This document shows positions 11,555 through 24,839 of a stretch of DNA of 64,000 nucleotides, in pieces. The DNA comes from Macrostomum hystrix (Eukaryota; Animalia; Platyhelminthes): positions 2,852,001 to 2,916,000 of the forward strand of contig CATNEN010000011.1 of the NCBI GenBank assembly GCA_950097015.1, read 5' to 3'. A program made the position numbers and the translations under genes. The notes under the pieces were generated by a model. It saw only the letters and a list, made by a program, of their open reading frames with translations. It had not been told where the DNA came from and ran no database searches. Positions within the stretch are counted from its first letter, which is position 1, and each line of letters starts with the position of its first letter.

Positions 11555-14500
11555 CAGAGCGGGGTCTGATCGGGCAAGGCAGCAAATGCCCCTTTAGGAG
11601 TTTTTCAAATATTGACAGACAGAAGTCAAAACGGGTGGGGGAATAGAAACTATTATTATTTCCAGTTGCGTGTGGTGTTTTTTAAACGCCTATGACGTCC
11701 GATGATGCATGCCTTAGGAAGGGGTTGGCGTCACAGCTGCGTAGGGAACAATTGATTGGTGGTGGGATGAGACCGAGAGAGGGGGCGGGAAAAAGAGATG
11801 ACAAGAGACAACTTGCGTGCTTGGAACTCTACACACACGCCTTGTCTGTGAGTCCTGGTAGAGCCCCAACTGCTGGTCATGTAGAGTGGAAGCAGACAGA
11901 AGGTACGCAGGCCCTGCGGTATGAAATAACAACCACTTTGACAGCCTATGGGGGAAAGGCTAAGGCTGCGCAGAAATAAAAGCTTTAGAAAGGTGCGGAC
12001 CTTTGTTGCATTTCTTCGCCCGGACTACTGCTGCTGCTGCAACTGACCATATTTTTGTCTGACGCTATTTTCTGACAGCTAGGTGAAGTCACTCATTAAT
12101 TCAAACCAGTGAGTTGCTGGTCTATAGCACTACCTGCGCTCTTCTACAGTTTACGTGAATCCAGATCTCCTAAGCCTCTTTGACCACGAGAATAGTTTCT
12201 CGAATTTATGCCCTTAGATTAGGGTTCATTGCAGTTACCTGCACTTTTTTTATTGTCCAATAGGCAACTTTGGCAGTTTTCTTCCGGTTTACTTTGTTGT
12301 TATAAAAAACAAATGTTGCTACTGTATACGCGTCGGAGGAGATCAGGTAAATAAACTTTTATCGGTGAAACTCAGACTACAGATAAAATGCATAGTTTTC
12401 TTGCTTTGTTATTGCAATCAGTTATAAAAACCATTCTCAGGCAAAAATGAACAATCAATGAACAGTTTCACAAAGTCTGATAGCTATTTTTGTAGTCTGA
12501 CTAAAGTTAACAGCTGCCACCCATTGCTGTACCAGTTATTGCCGGTTTAATTGTTTGCTGCTTTATTGATTCTTTTCTGAACTGTACATTCTAATGGGGC
12601 CTGAAGCCTCCACAAGCGTACAGTATTAACTGCTACGCGCTCATTATGTGGGCAAGCCTGCAGTTCCTGTTGGGTTGCCTGCTGGGCGCAGTCCTGCTTC
12701 AGAAGTGGCAAATTAATTGGCCAAAAATGAGACTAGAGACTCACATTGCACTGCATTCCGGTAGTTAATTCAGTTCACAGCAGAGAGAATTTCGAGTGCA
12801 TGCCACACGCACAACTACATATTCCGGACATACTGTACAGGCTTGAAGCATATGTAGAACACTTCAAAATTGGCCTATAAAACTTTCACATTGCGTGATT
12901 TTGTTGGTTTAAATGAAAGTGAAAAATTGATTTTCTGTAATCGGCAATTTGACCTACGAGTATTTCTAAACAATAAAATAATATATGATTGGAAAGCATT
13001 CTGCTTGACTATAGCATTTAACAGTGGTTTTAGTGTCGTAAATCGTATAATATGTCACAATATGATACTACATGCACAAGGTTCCAATATGCATCGCAGT
13101 CATTTAGCCAGCTCATAGAGACGCATCAGGCAAAGGCCAACAGTGGACTTCTACCAGTAGATTACGTGTGCAGGCGCCATTACGGCTTCGCAGATTGCTC
13201 TATAATACATATATAGACTCTGCAGTTGTCCATAATACTGGCTATAGCTTCCCCTGCCTCTTGACGATAACTTGCGGGTTATATAGACACAGAGAGCGAT
13301 GCGTCCTCTGCATTGAGTTGGGAGAGAGGTGCTACATGGATTACAATTTAGCAATTAAGTTTGCATGCCCCAGTGGTCTAGCGATGACCGTTAAATACTA
13401 TCTGTCTACGCTTATACTCAAATTGTCTGTTTCACATGCATGTATTATATGCATAGCATAAGTTTACATTGATTTGTGGTATGAATTGGAAATTTCTGTT
13501 TGACTTTCATATGGAAATGCTGAAAAGACTGAAATCACTACAGTTCATGTTTGAAAGTTACACGATTCATTTTCATTTTCATTTTCATATTCATTTATGG
13601 AGATGAATTGTTATGTATAAAACTATGATTTTCATTCACGAAAATAGTGTAAATACGATGCGGAAGCTTCTGGTATATCTGCTACACACTAAGCGTGTGT
13701 ATATATTGATTCGTTTGCAACAGTTAAAGTTTGCGGTTCATTGCGGCCATTGTACTGCGGCATTTGTTTATCCCTCAACGAAGAATATTTAGCAATAGTT
13801 AAGGCTTACTTTCACCTTATGTTAAAGTTAAAGTATATCCATTGACTATACCGTTCTCTTTAGATTTTTTAGAAACTTGAGCTACTTTAATTTCTTAAAG
13901 AAGAATCAGTTACGGCTAAGAGCAAAGCTAAAAAACTGCATTTGGCATTTGAGCATTTTGTGATATTCTTTCGCTAAAAAGTTTTATAACACGCCGGCTT
14001 GGAAATTGTGCTTCGGAATTAAATTTAAACAAAAAGGTTTTTTTAAATTTAAACTGCAGTTACAAAAACATAAAAAAGCATAGCAGCACATTGCACGAAT
14101 AACATTTTTGCTTGATTTTCTTAACAAAATAATTTCAAAACATTTATTGATAGTGGATACCAATCTTAAATTTTCGCGCTTATTTACAATATTTTATGTC
14201 CAAGATGCTCTCTTCGGCAGAGCAGTAGTTTTTTGGAAACAGAAATTAAGCATTATATTCTGATCTATAACTTCACACAAAAAATGATAATATGAATGAT
14301 TTCCAAACACAATATACTTTGATATGTTTGAGCACTTAAAGTCAACAAACTTACTTGTATCGGATAATTTTACTTTACATTTTTATGTAATAGTAGAGCG
14401 TATTTTTGGATTAGTTACAGAAGCAAGAAGTTATAGCTGTTAGTACAATAATATCTACTTGAACCAGAATTAAAGTATTCTTTTTTTAATACTTTATTGA

Positions 14501-14932
14501 GTCTCCATGTTCAAATAATTTATTTTTAATACTCTCACTTAAAGTTTTATAAGTTTTTTTAGCATACATAAACAATTTAGTTTCAAAACAATATAATTAA
14601 ACTTTTTATGCTGTTGAAATGTCTATTCAATTATAGAAATAAAAATTAACACACTGTTATACGACTTATACCATTTTTGTGTGCATCCTAAAGAATATTG
14701 TGAGGAATTATTAGTTTTAGTTTAGAAAATATAATTATATTTTAATACGTTAAACAATAGAATAACTTATAACGTGCAAAAAAGTAGTATAATATGCTGC
14801 ATATCAACCATTCATAGACAGCTAGAGTACGATTATCAACTTGCCAATAAGGGCACAATGGAACTTTGAACTCTGATTTTATGCTCCCACAGAGACCATT
14901 GCGTAAGTCTTGATACGGAAATACGAGTAAAA

Positions 14933-17900
14933 ATGCCCATGAACGCCTCGCAACAGCAGCCAACATCCGCGGTCATCGCTTCGCCGACAATCTTCGACAG
15001 CATCGACTTGGACTTTCATGGTGGAGCAGGAAACGGTGTTGTCTTTTGCATCGACACATCCGGCAGCATGCATGCGAAGTTGCCGGCAGTTCGAGCTGAA
15101 CTCGTCGAACTGCTGACTAGATGGAGCAGCTTCCGGTTACCGGGGCGTCGGTTCAATCTTGTTCGCTTCGGAGCTGGATCGGTGCAGCGCTGGTCTGAGG
15201 GCATGGTCGACTGCACTCCGGCCGCTATCATCGACGCTGATCGATGGCTGTCCGATGGCGGAAGCCTCGGCGGCTGCGCTGACATTCGTGCGGCACTAAT
15301 GACTACCTCAATTGACGCTGAGAAGTCTGGGGTCGCCTCTCTCTGTCTGGTGACTGACAGCCTGCCGGCTGCGGTTCTGTCCGCAACTGAACTCCGGTCA
15401 CTGACATTGCCGGTTCACTGCGTCTATCCCAAAGAGTCTGACCGAATACCACAGCCGGGACTCATGGCTGAGCTTCAGCAGCTGTCTGGTGCCACTGGCG
15501 GAACCCTCACTGTAGCCAATGTTGGACATCGAGGATGCATCGAACGGGTAGCACCAGTAGCTCGTACGGCCCCGCCTGCAAGTCGCTGGGGCCGTCTGGG
15601 AAGTCAGGGGGCAGAGACAGCCGGCTTTGGCAACGGCAAGCTCTGCTCCGTGACTACATCGCTTCGCTGCGATCCGCTGCTCGATGCTCCAGCGCTGCTA
15701 TTCGAAGGTAAAGATCGTGACGGTTGGCGATTTGTGTATGGCACGCCAGGACCGCCAACGAACTGGGGCGGCAGCTGGAGCAAGTTCCGAGCGAATCGAC
15801 CGCAGATTCGAGCTCTGGAGCGGGTAGCTTCGCTGACATCTTCGCCGCCGCCTTCTATTGCCGGAGTCAGTCTTCTGGGTCGAAGAGTGCTAGCTAGAAG
15901 ACGTACTGACGGACGCTTTTACGAAGGGACGGTGACTGCGGAGGTGAGTAGACTCAAACGTAGGTTACTTGATTCGTAATACCATGAGAAGTTTGTCGAG
16001 TCGCGTTAGCATAGTAAGTATGCGTTTCTGTGTTCCTCCTGTCAAAGGCCACGACGCCTGGCCACTTCAATGTCGAGTTGCGCACGAACAGCTCGAAAAC
16101 GGACGATGGCTTCACCGAGACAGAATATCAGACGACTCCAGTCGGCGAGCTCATTGCTTTGGACGATGCGCTTCGTCGACATCTCCTCCCTGGAGACTGC
16201 GTCCTCGCGCCGCGTGGTGTCGGCAGACCAGACTACGCACCCGCCATTGTACTAGACGGCTACGAACGACGAAAAGAACAAAACGAATACGATAGTTTAG
16301 AAGACGAAAACGATGATCAACCGAGCGTCAGACCGTTGGCCGTCGCCTTCACTGACGGTGCAAGCTGTGTAACGGAGCCGGGAAAAGCAGTCCGCATCAC
16401 GCACTCGCTCTATCATCGCTTGCAACTGGAGGCCGTCATGCCACGGCGAGAGCGTCTCGCCCTGGCCGAATGGACATCCGACTATCCGGAATCTACTCGT
16501 CCCGGCTATCTGGCAACGCGACCGACGAGGGAGCCGGACGAGTACACCGCGGTTCGACCAGTCTGGCCTCCTGGTAGAATGCTTCCGGTGCCTGTTCCGA
16601 TGGTCTCTCATCTTTCACGTCGTGACGAAGAGGATGAACTGTACTACGACTCGGATGGTGAAAACTCTCGGTGGCCAACCAGCGATACTGATCGCAGCAT
16701 TGAACGACGCGCTAATCAACTGATTGCGGATTTCGACAGCCACGGCGCTGGCGGTGTCGACGTTGGCGTTGGCTCGACACTTGTTAAATCGAATTATGGG
16801 CCGAAAAAATCAATTCTTAAAAAACCTCCGCCTGCGCCTTCAAGACCATCGCAGTATTCAGCGGCTGTTAGCTCAAACTGGGCGTCTGAGAATGGCTGGA
16901 TCGGAACTGGAGGCTATGGCGTGCATCAGAGGAGCTCAATGTCAAGGTCAACGCTGCGTTCCTCAAATCTTTACAATCGGCGACCTTTGGAAATTGGCGC
17001 CTGCCTTGGTCGCAGTGACCTCGAGCTGGAGTCTCGACGTCGTCGAATCGACGAGCATCGTCGCGCCGCATCAGCGGAACGCACAGACGCTCTTCAGCGC
17101 AGTCGAGCAGCCGCAGAGTCGGTTGAAGCCGCGCGTCTCGTTCGCATGGCTCGAATCCGACAGGATGCAGCAGTGAGCGTCGGGGAGCCAACAGAGAGTC
17201 GCGTTGCGAGCCGGCGACACGTGACTCCTCCAAGTGAGGCTTCGCAGCAGCGTGAAACTCGGCGCCGTTTAGTGGCTCCTCCGACGGTGTCAAACGAGGA
17301 GCGACCAAGTCGGTTGAGGCGAGTTTCACCCGAAGCGTCCAGCGGCACGCTGCAACGAAGTGTCAGATTCAGCGGATCGGAGCCGTGAGTTTCGCTTCTG
17401 GTTCAAATCAGCCAGACAAATCTGGTTGATTGGTCTCATGATGCTCATGACGTTCACGAGTTATATTAATTGATTAAAATACTTAGAATAGGTTATCTTG
17501 CGAGTAGAAAATTTCATAGTCAGCTACCGATAATTTCTCATGTGAAAAAACAATTACTTAATTCATGGAATTTTGTTAAATGCAAATATACATACTACAT
17601 AAATCTCGTAGATTTCTGGACGAGTAGCTTCAGAGATATGGTTAGTTAAGTTGAGCAAGGTCGGTCATAGAAGTCCCAGGTTTATTTATAAGAAATAAAT
17701 GTTTTTTAACCCACCCGGCCCAATGATGTCATTGTAAACTCTTCAGAACAGTAGCCGCTTGGATTCGACACCAGGACCACATGACCCCGGCCGAAGCGCG
17801 CAACAGTGCTCAGCAACTAGCTGCGCGACACAAGGACTGCTCTACCCTGCTTGAGCAGCAGCGATGGAGCCAAAGTACCGCCCCTCAGCCAGAAGCGGCT

Positions 17901-17999
17901 AGAAATAAGAAGCCAAACTCAACAAAATCCAAGTCGACATCAACAAGTAAGACGACGTCGTCGTCTAGCTCGAGTGCAACAGCTAAATTGGCCGCCTAG
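14933..17999 (+). CDS. vWA-domain plus DUF4537-like protein (VWA3B / C11orf16-like architecture), 3 exons: 14933-15943, 16048-17384, 17747-17999 (866 aa)
   Basis: MIDAS-type VFCIDTSGSM and RFNLVRFG. DUF4537-like repeats VLARRRTDGRFYEGTV and GDCVLAPR...YAPAIVLDGYERR. GAG|GTGAGT and CC|GTGAGT donors with in-phase acceptors give a 2601-nt ORF. The domain name is from remembered family motifs and further 5' exons are possible. Confidence 0.72.
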
Positions 18000-18741
18000 A
18001 TCGATGCGGTTCGTTTGGACCGCAGTTTGATATCGCTCGTCCCACTTTTTTACTTTGATGTGAAACCTGTCGATAATTATCAAAGTGTTACGACTGTTAA
18101 GACTAGTAGGGCAATAAATCGAATTCTTCTTTCTTTGTTATAAAGCTATCTTGATATTTTTAGAAACGAATTTATCGTCCTTTGCTACACGTGCGAGCGA
18201 TCGTATTTCATAAAATATGCTCGAAACAAGTAAAATCGTTGAGAACAATTTTTTTGCTGAAATCAACACAATTTTTATTTGATAACAGCATGATTATTCA
18301 CGTGCTATAACACTGTTTAAAACATATGAACCTGTTCTAACAATAAAACTGTTGTCTATGGTTCAGGGTGTACTAAAGAAGGATAGAAAATTTCCTTGAA
18401 ATTTCTGCCCGGCAAATTGTGTGTGAATACGAGTATATGTTCAACATGTAAACTGTAATTATTTGTCATTAGACTAAAAAATCGTTATTTCGACCTCCAA
18501 TATGGCCAGCGGAATCTAACCACATACCAAGAACGAATCGATGCGTTCGCTGGTAGTCGACAGAATGTGCCATTCCTATTTTTTGTTGAAGGGGGTTTAG
18601 ACCAAATTGACGTTTTGTCATAGTTCGTTTTCTAGCTCGTTGATTTCAACTTGACTTCATTACGTTGATTTTATTTTCAGATAAATAATCCAGCGCCCGA
18701 AAGTTTAAAAGTGAGTCGATTTGCATCGTAAAAACTTAATC

Positions 18742-18882
18742 AATCACACCTGCATTAACAGATCCTTACACCTCTATTCACAGATCATCACACCTGCTTT
18801 AACAGATCCTCAAATCTGCATTCACAGATCCTTACACCTCAATTCATAGATCCTCAAACATCTATTCACAAATCCTCACACA
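18742..18882. repeat. 22-bp imperfect tandem repeat (agatcctcacacctgcattcac), about 6 units
   Basis: agatc at 18760, 18782, 18804, 18826 and 18848, plus a degenerate unit at 18870. Confidence 0.8.
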
Positions 18883-18924
18883 TTTGGAGCTTATTGAGGC
18901 CAAGTTTCCCAACAGTTTCCCCAT

Positions 18925-19272
18925 GGATCATGGGATCTTGGATCATGGGATCTTGGATCATGGGATCCTGGATCATGGGATCTTGGATCATGGGATCTTG
19001 GATCATGGGATCTTGGATCATGGGATCTTGGATCATGGGATCTTGGATCATGGGATCTTGGATCATGGGATCTTGGATCATGGGATCTTGGATCATGGGA
19101 TCTTGGATCATGGGATCTTGGATCATGGGATCTTGGATCATAGGATCTTGGATCATGGGATCTTGGATCATGGGATCTTGGATCATGGGATCTTGGATCA
19201 TAGGATCTTGGATCATGGGATCTTGGATCATGGGATCTTGGATCATGGGATCTTGGATCATGGGATCATGGA
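18925..19272. repeat. 15-bp minisatellite GGATCATGGGATCTT, about 23 near-identical units
   Basis: Directly visible. Only a few single-base variants occur (TAGG in two units, one CCTG). Confidence 0.97.
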
Positions 19273-19530
19273 ATCTCACGCAGCCCAAGAAACAAATGTT
19301 TTAAAAACCTGAAGCACTAATTTAAAACGTTTTAGTTAATATGAGAATCATAATTGGTAAGTTCAGATTTTTTAATACGAGTAATTTCGCATTGTTGCTA
19401 ATCGAGAGTTAATAATATGTCTAAAGGGCACAGGTGGCAAAGCCTCAAACTACAATTGTTCTGTCTGTTCGTATGAGCGTACAGTAACAAAACAGGATAA
19501 GGAACGAATTCCACTTTTGTGCTTTCCAAT

Positions 19531-22500
19531 CTAGAAGTAGATCTCGCGAGCAATCCAGCTGCCCTCGGGTAGGCTGCGAACCAAATACTTCCTAACTTCG
19601 TCGTAGAACAAAAGCAGAATGGCGAACGGAATGGCGGGCAGCCACCACAGGAATCGTGGCGGGTACATCTTCAGGGCAATGTCCATGCCCGGACAATAGG
19701 ACAGAAAGATGGCCAAGGCGGTCTCGAAAAACATTCCAAACGTCAGCGGATTGTTGAACATGCCCTGTTCGAAGAATGAGATTCGGCGAGTTTTCCTGGC
19801 GATGATGTCTGCCCACTGCATGATCACGATGCTGGCAAAGAACGCTGTCTGGCAGGTGAATTCCAATTGCTTACGTTGACCATAGCTCTACAAAATTCGG
19901 ATATAAAAATAGAAAATTAAATAAATATTGATTAAAATCTGCCTCAAACGGGCCAGACTTGCAGCTGACAGCTCAGCCGCAGCTATTGCGCAGCGCACCA
20001 GAAAGCTGCGTACGGCTGTTCAGTCCATGGACTGGTGGACGTAACACCCACCCTCATTAGCCCAGCTAATGCTTGTAGTTATACCTAACAGCTGGGTGAA
20101 CTCTATGCTTCAAGACGCGACTCCGACTCTAGGCTACAACCTCAACTAAATGATTTAAATACTCGTAACTACAGCTTCTGTCTAATTACTAAAAGTAGAT
20201 AATTACGAGCAAATAGGTGAGCCTTCTAAAAGTCAAGTAGCTTCCATACGGCCTGTGGAGCGCAGCCCCACACGAAAAGCCCTGGAAATAAAAGTGAGCG
20301 CTCGTATTGAGCACCCTGAAAGAATGAATCGGTGGAGCCTAAATGCACATAAACTTTTTTTATTGGAACTAATCAATCAAAAACTGAAATTGCGTCGAAA
20401 CCATATAAAAAAACTAGTTGCTTCGACTGACCGTAGTCCATCAACGCTAAACAGAATTCTAAAGCGACAAAACGATAGCAATGAGCACAACTCACCCACT
20501 CCTGTCCATAGCTATCTCGCAAATCATTAATCGCTATGCTGTCCCACTCGATCCTTATGTGATACAGCCGATTCGGCAGGAAGCCGTTCTCTGCCATGAT
20601 GACCATGTAGGTAAATAGGCCACCTGCTGATTGGATCAGACCGCACTGTCCGTACGCAACTCCCAGTAGACCAGCGTTAACCAGGTGGTCGTGCTTCGGG
20701 TCACGCGGCCGACGCTTCATAATGTCGCTCTCGGCGCCCTCGTAGGCCAGCGCAATGCCAGGCACCATGTCTGTGCCGAGGTCGATGAGCAGAATGGTGA
20801 TGGTGCTTAGGCCCAGTGGCACTCCGGCGAGAACATACGCCAGAAACGGCACCAGCTCGGGAATGTTGGAGGTAAGCACGTATGCGATGGACTTCTTCAG
20901 GTTGTCAAAGATGATGCGACCCTCCTCGACTCCTGTCACAATCGACGCGAAGTTGTCGTCAAGCAGGATCATGTCGGCTGCCTGCTTGCTTACATCACTG
21001 CCGGAGATGCCCATGGCGATGCCGATGTTGGCCTTCTTCAGCGCTGGCGAGTCGTTCACTCCGTCGCCCGTCACCGCCACGATCTGGCCTTGGCGCTGGC
21101 AGCCCTCGACGATGATGAGCTTCTGCTGCGGGCTGGTCCTGGCGAACACGATCTCCGAGTGGTTCGTCAGCACGTCGTCCAGCTGCTCGGGGCTCAAGTC
21201 GCGCAGGTCCGAGCCGTGCACAACACACGCCTTAGCTTCTCGAGGGTCAACGGTGTAGGCTGGAACGTTTCTTTCCTTAGCTAAGTCCTCAATTGTCTTG
21301 CTATTCGGGCTGATTATTCCCACGTTTCTCGCAATAGCCTTCGCGGTTGTAGGATGATCACCAGTAACCATGATTACCTGGAGTAACAGTAACAGAAAAC
21401 TTTAAATCTATTCAATAATCGAAAAAACATAAATAATTAAAGTGGACTACCAAGTTTTGCAAATCTTGTATAAGGCATAGCTCTCTCAAAATCGGACCTT
21501 GATTCCAGCTGAGCGGCACTTGGCCACGGCGCTCGGCACGGCGCCGCGCGGAGGGTCGATCATCGACATGAGACCAACGAAGCGCAGGTTCGACACCGGG
21601 AAGTTCATCTCGTCCGGGTCGAACTGATAGCCGTCGGGATAGTCGGCCTCCCGAAGTCGCAGGTCGCAGAAGCCCAGCACTCGCTCGCCCATGCCTCCCA
21701 GATCCTCGTAGGCTCTGTTGAAGGCCTCCTTCCACTTGTCGTCCATCTCCAACTCCTCTCCGTCAATGTAGATGGTGGAGCTGCGGTCCAGAATCCGCTC
21801 AGGTGCTCCCTTCATCACCAGCAGGTAGCGAGGATCGCCGTCGTTTGTGCGGTGAATGGACACCTGGAACTTGTTGCTGCTGTTGAACGGCACCTCGCAC
21901 ACCTTCGGATTTTTCTCGCGGTAGTTCATCACATTGCCGACGCTGAGCTCGGTGCACTTGAGAATGGCGCTCTCCGAGGCGTCGCCGTTGCACTTGCGTT
22001 TCAGCACGGGCTTGTCGTCCTCGCCCGACTTGAACTCGGCTCGGTTGCACAGCATGGCGCAGCGGCTCAGCGCCTGCCAGCCTTTGCTGTCCTTGTCCAC
22101 TTGGGCGTGCTTCTGCTCCTCCGTGGTGTCAGCCTCGATCGTCTTGTTGTCCAGCCACATGTGCGCCACCGTCATGCGGTTCTGCGTCAGCGTGCCTAAA
22201 AAATGAATATGGAATGATGCTTTCATTAAGTGTTTGTTAATGAATTTTTCCCGCTTAGATTGTCTTCAAGGTGGTGAATCGCCGCCTCTTGGAAGGAACT
22301 TACCTGTCTTATCCGAGCAGATTATTCCAGTCGATCCCAGAGTCTCCACAGCCTCCAAATTCTTCACCAAGCAGTTCTTGGCCGCCATCCTCTTGGCAGT
22401 GAGCGTCAGGCACACAGTCACCGTGGCCAGGAGACCCTCGGGTACGTTGGCAACGATGACGCCAATCAGGAAGATGACAGCGTCCAACCAGTCATATCCA

Positions 22501-23617
22501 AGACTAAACGCAATGGCAAAAAATATAATACCTAAGGTCACAGCAACTCCTGTGATGACCTGTATAAAGTGCTCAATCTCAATAGCAATTGGCGTTTTGT
22601 CATCCTTTAGGTCGGCGGTTAAATTTGCAATGCGACCCATCACCGTGTGATCGCCGGTTGCGACAACAATGCCAGTGCATGTACCTGAGTATAGAGTTAT
22701 GACGTCTTTCTAACTTTTTTTGTGAAGTTGTGCTCAATGCATATTTGATTTTATTGTCCTGACAAGGTATTTTAGAAGTTTTTGACTCACCTTCCACAGC
22801 ATTGGTAGAGAAGAAGACGAGGTTTTTGGTCTCCAGCGGGTTGTCGTTCGTGAACTCCGGCGTCCTTGACTGCGGCTCCGACTCGCCCGTCAACGCTGAG
22901 TTGTCCACTTTGAAGCCCTGAGCAGTGATGACTCGCACATCGGCTGGGACTCGATCTCCGAGCTGGACGAAAACAATGTCTCCGACGACCACCTCCTCGC
23001 ACGGGATGTGCACCTTCTGACCATCGCGCATCACCAGAGCGTTCTGAGGCACCATCTTTTTGAAGCTGTCCATGATCCTGGCGGACTTGCCGTTCTGATA
23101 GTAGGAGAAGACTCCGGTGACAACGACGACGAGGAGCAGTACAATGCCCAGGTACAGGTTGTCCGCAGACGGAGCGTCCTGAGAACTAAACTGTATACCG
23201 TAAGCCACGATGCACAGCACTGAGCCAACACACATGAGAATGGCGAATCCGCCAAACATGGTCCGAAGGAACGTCACCAGTTCTGGGGTTTTGGCTGGCG
23301 GTGTCAGCTCGTTGCGACCGCATCTTTCCAGCCTGCTGGCCGCTTCGGAAGCCGAGAGTCCCGCCTCCGCGCTGACCCGCAGCCTGGCGAGCAGCTCCTG
23401 AAGCTCAATTCGGTGTTCGTCCATCTCCAGCTCCTGTTTGAGCTCTTGAAGATTCTTCCTGCCATCGCTGGCCGACCGCCCGCTCCGCTCGGTTTGTTGA
23501 ATTCGCAGACCGTCATGCTGCAAATGAATGAAAACAGAGTTTGAATAGTCCAGTCTGCCTGAGCTCAGCAATTCACTAGCTTATTTATTTAAAGTTCAAG
23601 CTTACGTTTTCAGACAT
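19531..23617 (-). CDS. ATP1A: Na+/K+-ATPase alpha subunit, copy 1; exons 23617-23606, 23517-22791, 22684-22304, 22195-21498, 21377-20496, 19887-19531 (1018 aa)
   Basis: [64 protein letters not shown]775/N776 (not Lys) argue for Na/K rather than H/K type. All introns are GT-AG and the 3057-nt ORF is in phase. Confidence 0.93.
19955..20150 (-). mobile_element. Second SINE-like family, partial
   Basis: Shares gctgcgtacggctgtYcagtccatgg and flanking blocks with 24860-24990. Confidence 0.5.
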
Positions 23618-24360
23618 GCTCCAGAGACGCAGGAGGGCTTTGCTTTCGTCTTTGCTTAGCTAAAGTTGGACTCAAATAGAGCTGGCGGTAAAATTGTAGG
23701 ACTCGAAGCCCGTTGACGATGGTCCAAATATATACGCTCATAGGCACGCTGACGAGAGCTTTGATCACTCGGAGCCCTCGTGTCCTAAGTCACAAACAAT
23801 CAACACAAACATATCAGCGATGACTAATGCAAATGTACAATTTTATTTATTTGTGTGGCCCTGAATTCAAAGTGCACGTTGAATTCATATGCTGTACGCA
23901 GTTCGAGTGTAAATAATTCTATAAATATCTACTCGAATTAACCTAAAGAATTATGAAAACTTTGGAAATTTTTCACTGTCAATTGTAGTAAAAATTTTCC
24001 ATTCAATATGCGTTTCATCAGTTTGAGCAGAAAAAGAGAATAGCCTGAATTATTGTTCATTGCCTGCTATTTTCCATTATGCTTCGGAAAAGATCTCAGA
24101 GAACTTAAATTTTGGTCTGAGTTTGCAGCAAACTCGCTAGCTGCTCCAGTAAGTTTTCTTACTTTTAACTAAGAGTCTTGCAGTCGCTTTTGTTGGGTGC
24201 GCTGCGAAAATTAATTTACAATTGTCCAAGCAATTATATTTTTTGTATGCTCGGAGACTATGCGATATTTCATGTTCTGTGAAAAAAATATTTATGCCGA
24301 AGTCCCTCAGCTCAAATCCGCGGCGAGGTAAAACTTATGTGGAAAATAGTTTTGATACCA

Positions 24361-24794
24361 GGGGGGTCGGTGGCAGAGCGGTTAACACGTTTGCCTCCCG
24401 CACCACGGTCCCTAAGTTCGATTCCGCGGCGAGGCCACGTTAAATTTGACCGCAGCCGGTAAGAGAAGACTTGGGGACTTGTCGTGAAATTTACACCCTC
24501 GAGGGCCAACCTCCAAGGCACAGTGAAGTGTACACTGCCTGACGATGAGAAAGTCAGGGCAGATGTACACACCTGTGTGAGCGAGTGCCTGCGTACAGTA
24601 TCGGTGTGCGTGTGTGCTCAGGAGTCAGCGAAATGGGCAGAATTGCCTCCTCGCTGGTTGCGGGTCTAGTGTCACCAACTGATGAGCTTGTGCCCGCAGC
24701 CCTCCTGCAATTGTTATCATCATTATCATCATCATTATTCTTATTATTATCATCATAACAATATCATCATTATATTATCACCATCATTATTAGG
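24361..24794 (+). mobile_element. tRNA-derived SINE family 1, full length with expanded (ATC/ATT)n tail and about 11-bp TSD
   Basis: A/B-box head and core nearly identical to the 8151 copy. tttgataccag lies at 24351-24361 and 24795-24805. Confidence 0.92.
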
Positions 24795-24839
24795 TTTGAT
24801 ACCAGTCGTGATATTACTAACAATAACTGATTACACCTG

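Noticed and set aside
18925-19272. Possible CRISPR-like arrays (also 39843-40235, 59915-62800 and 63762-64000)
   Set aside because: The units are head-to-tail with no unique spacers, there are no cas genes, and the context is eukaryotic.
18866-19312. ORFs of (MIQDP)n, (DHGIL)n and (WIMGS)n
   Set aside because: They are by-products of a stop-free 15-bp minisatellite that is open on both strands. There is no splice context or non-repetitive coding flank.
20860-20890. Possibility that the P2C paralogues are H+/K+-ATPases
   Set aside because: All four keep Ser at 775 (T/S-S-N-I-P-E), not the Lys diagnostic of gastric and non-gastric H/K pumps, and they keep D804, D808 and D926.
20755-22199. Long antisense and alternative-frame ORFs over the ATPase, GALNT, Kv and gypsy coding regions (e.g. 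20755-21258, 21852-22199, 42955-43707, 38143-38991)
   Set aside because: They are shadow ORFs caused by GC-rich codon bias. They recur wherever the sense exon is duplicated and have no motifs of their own.
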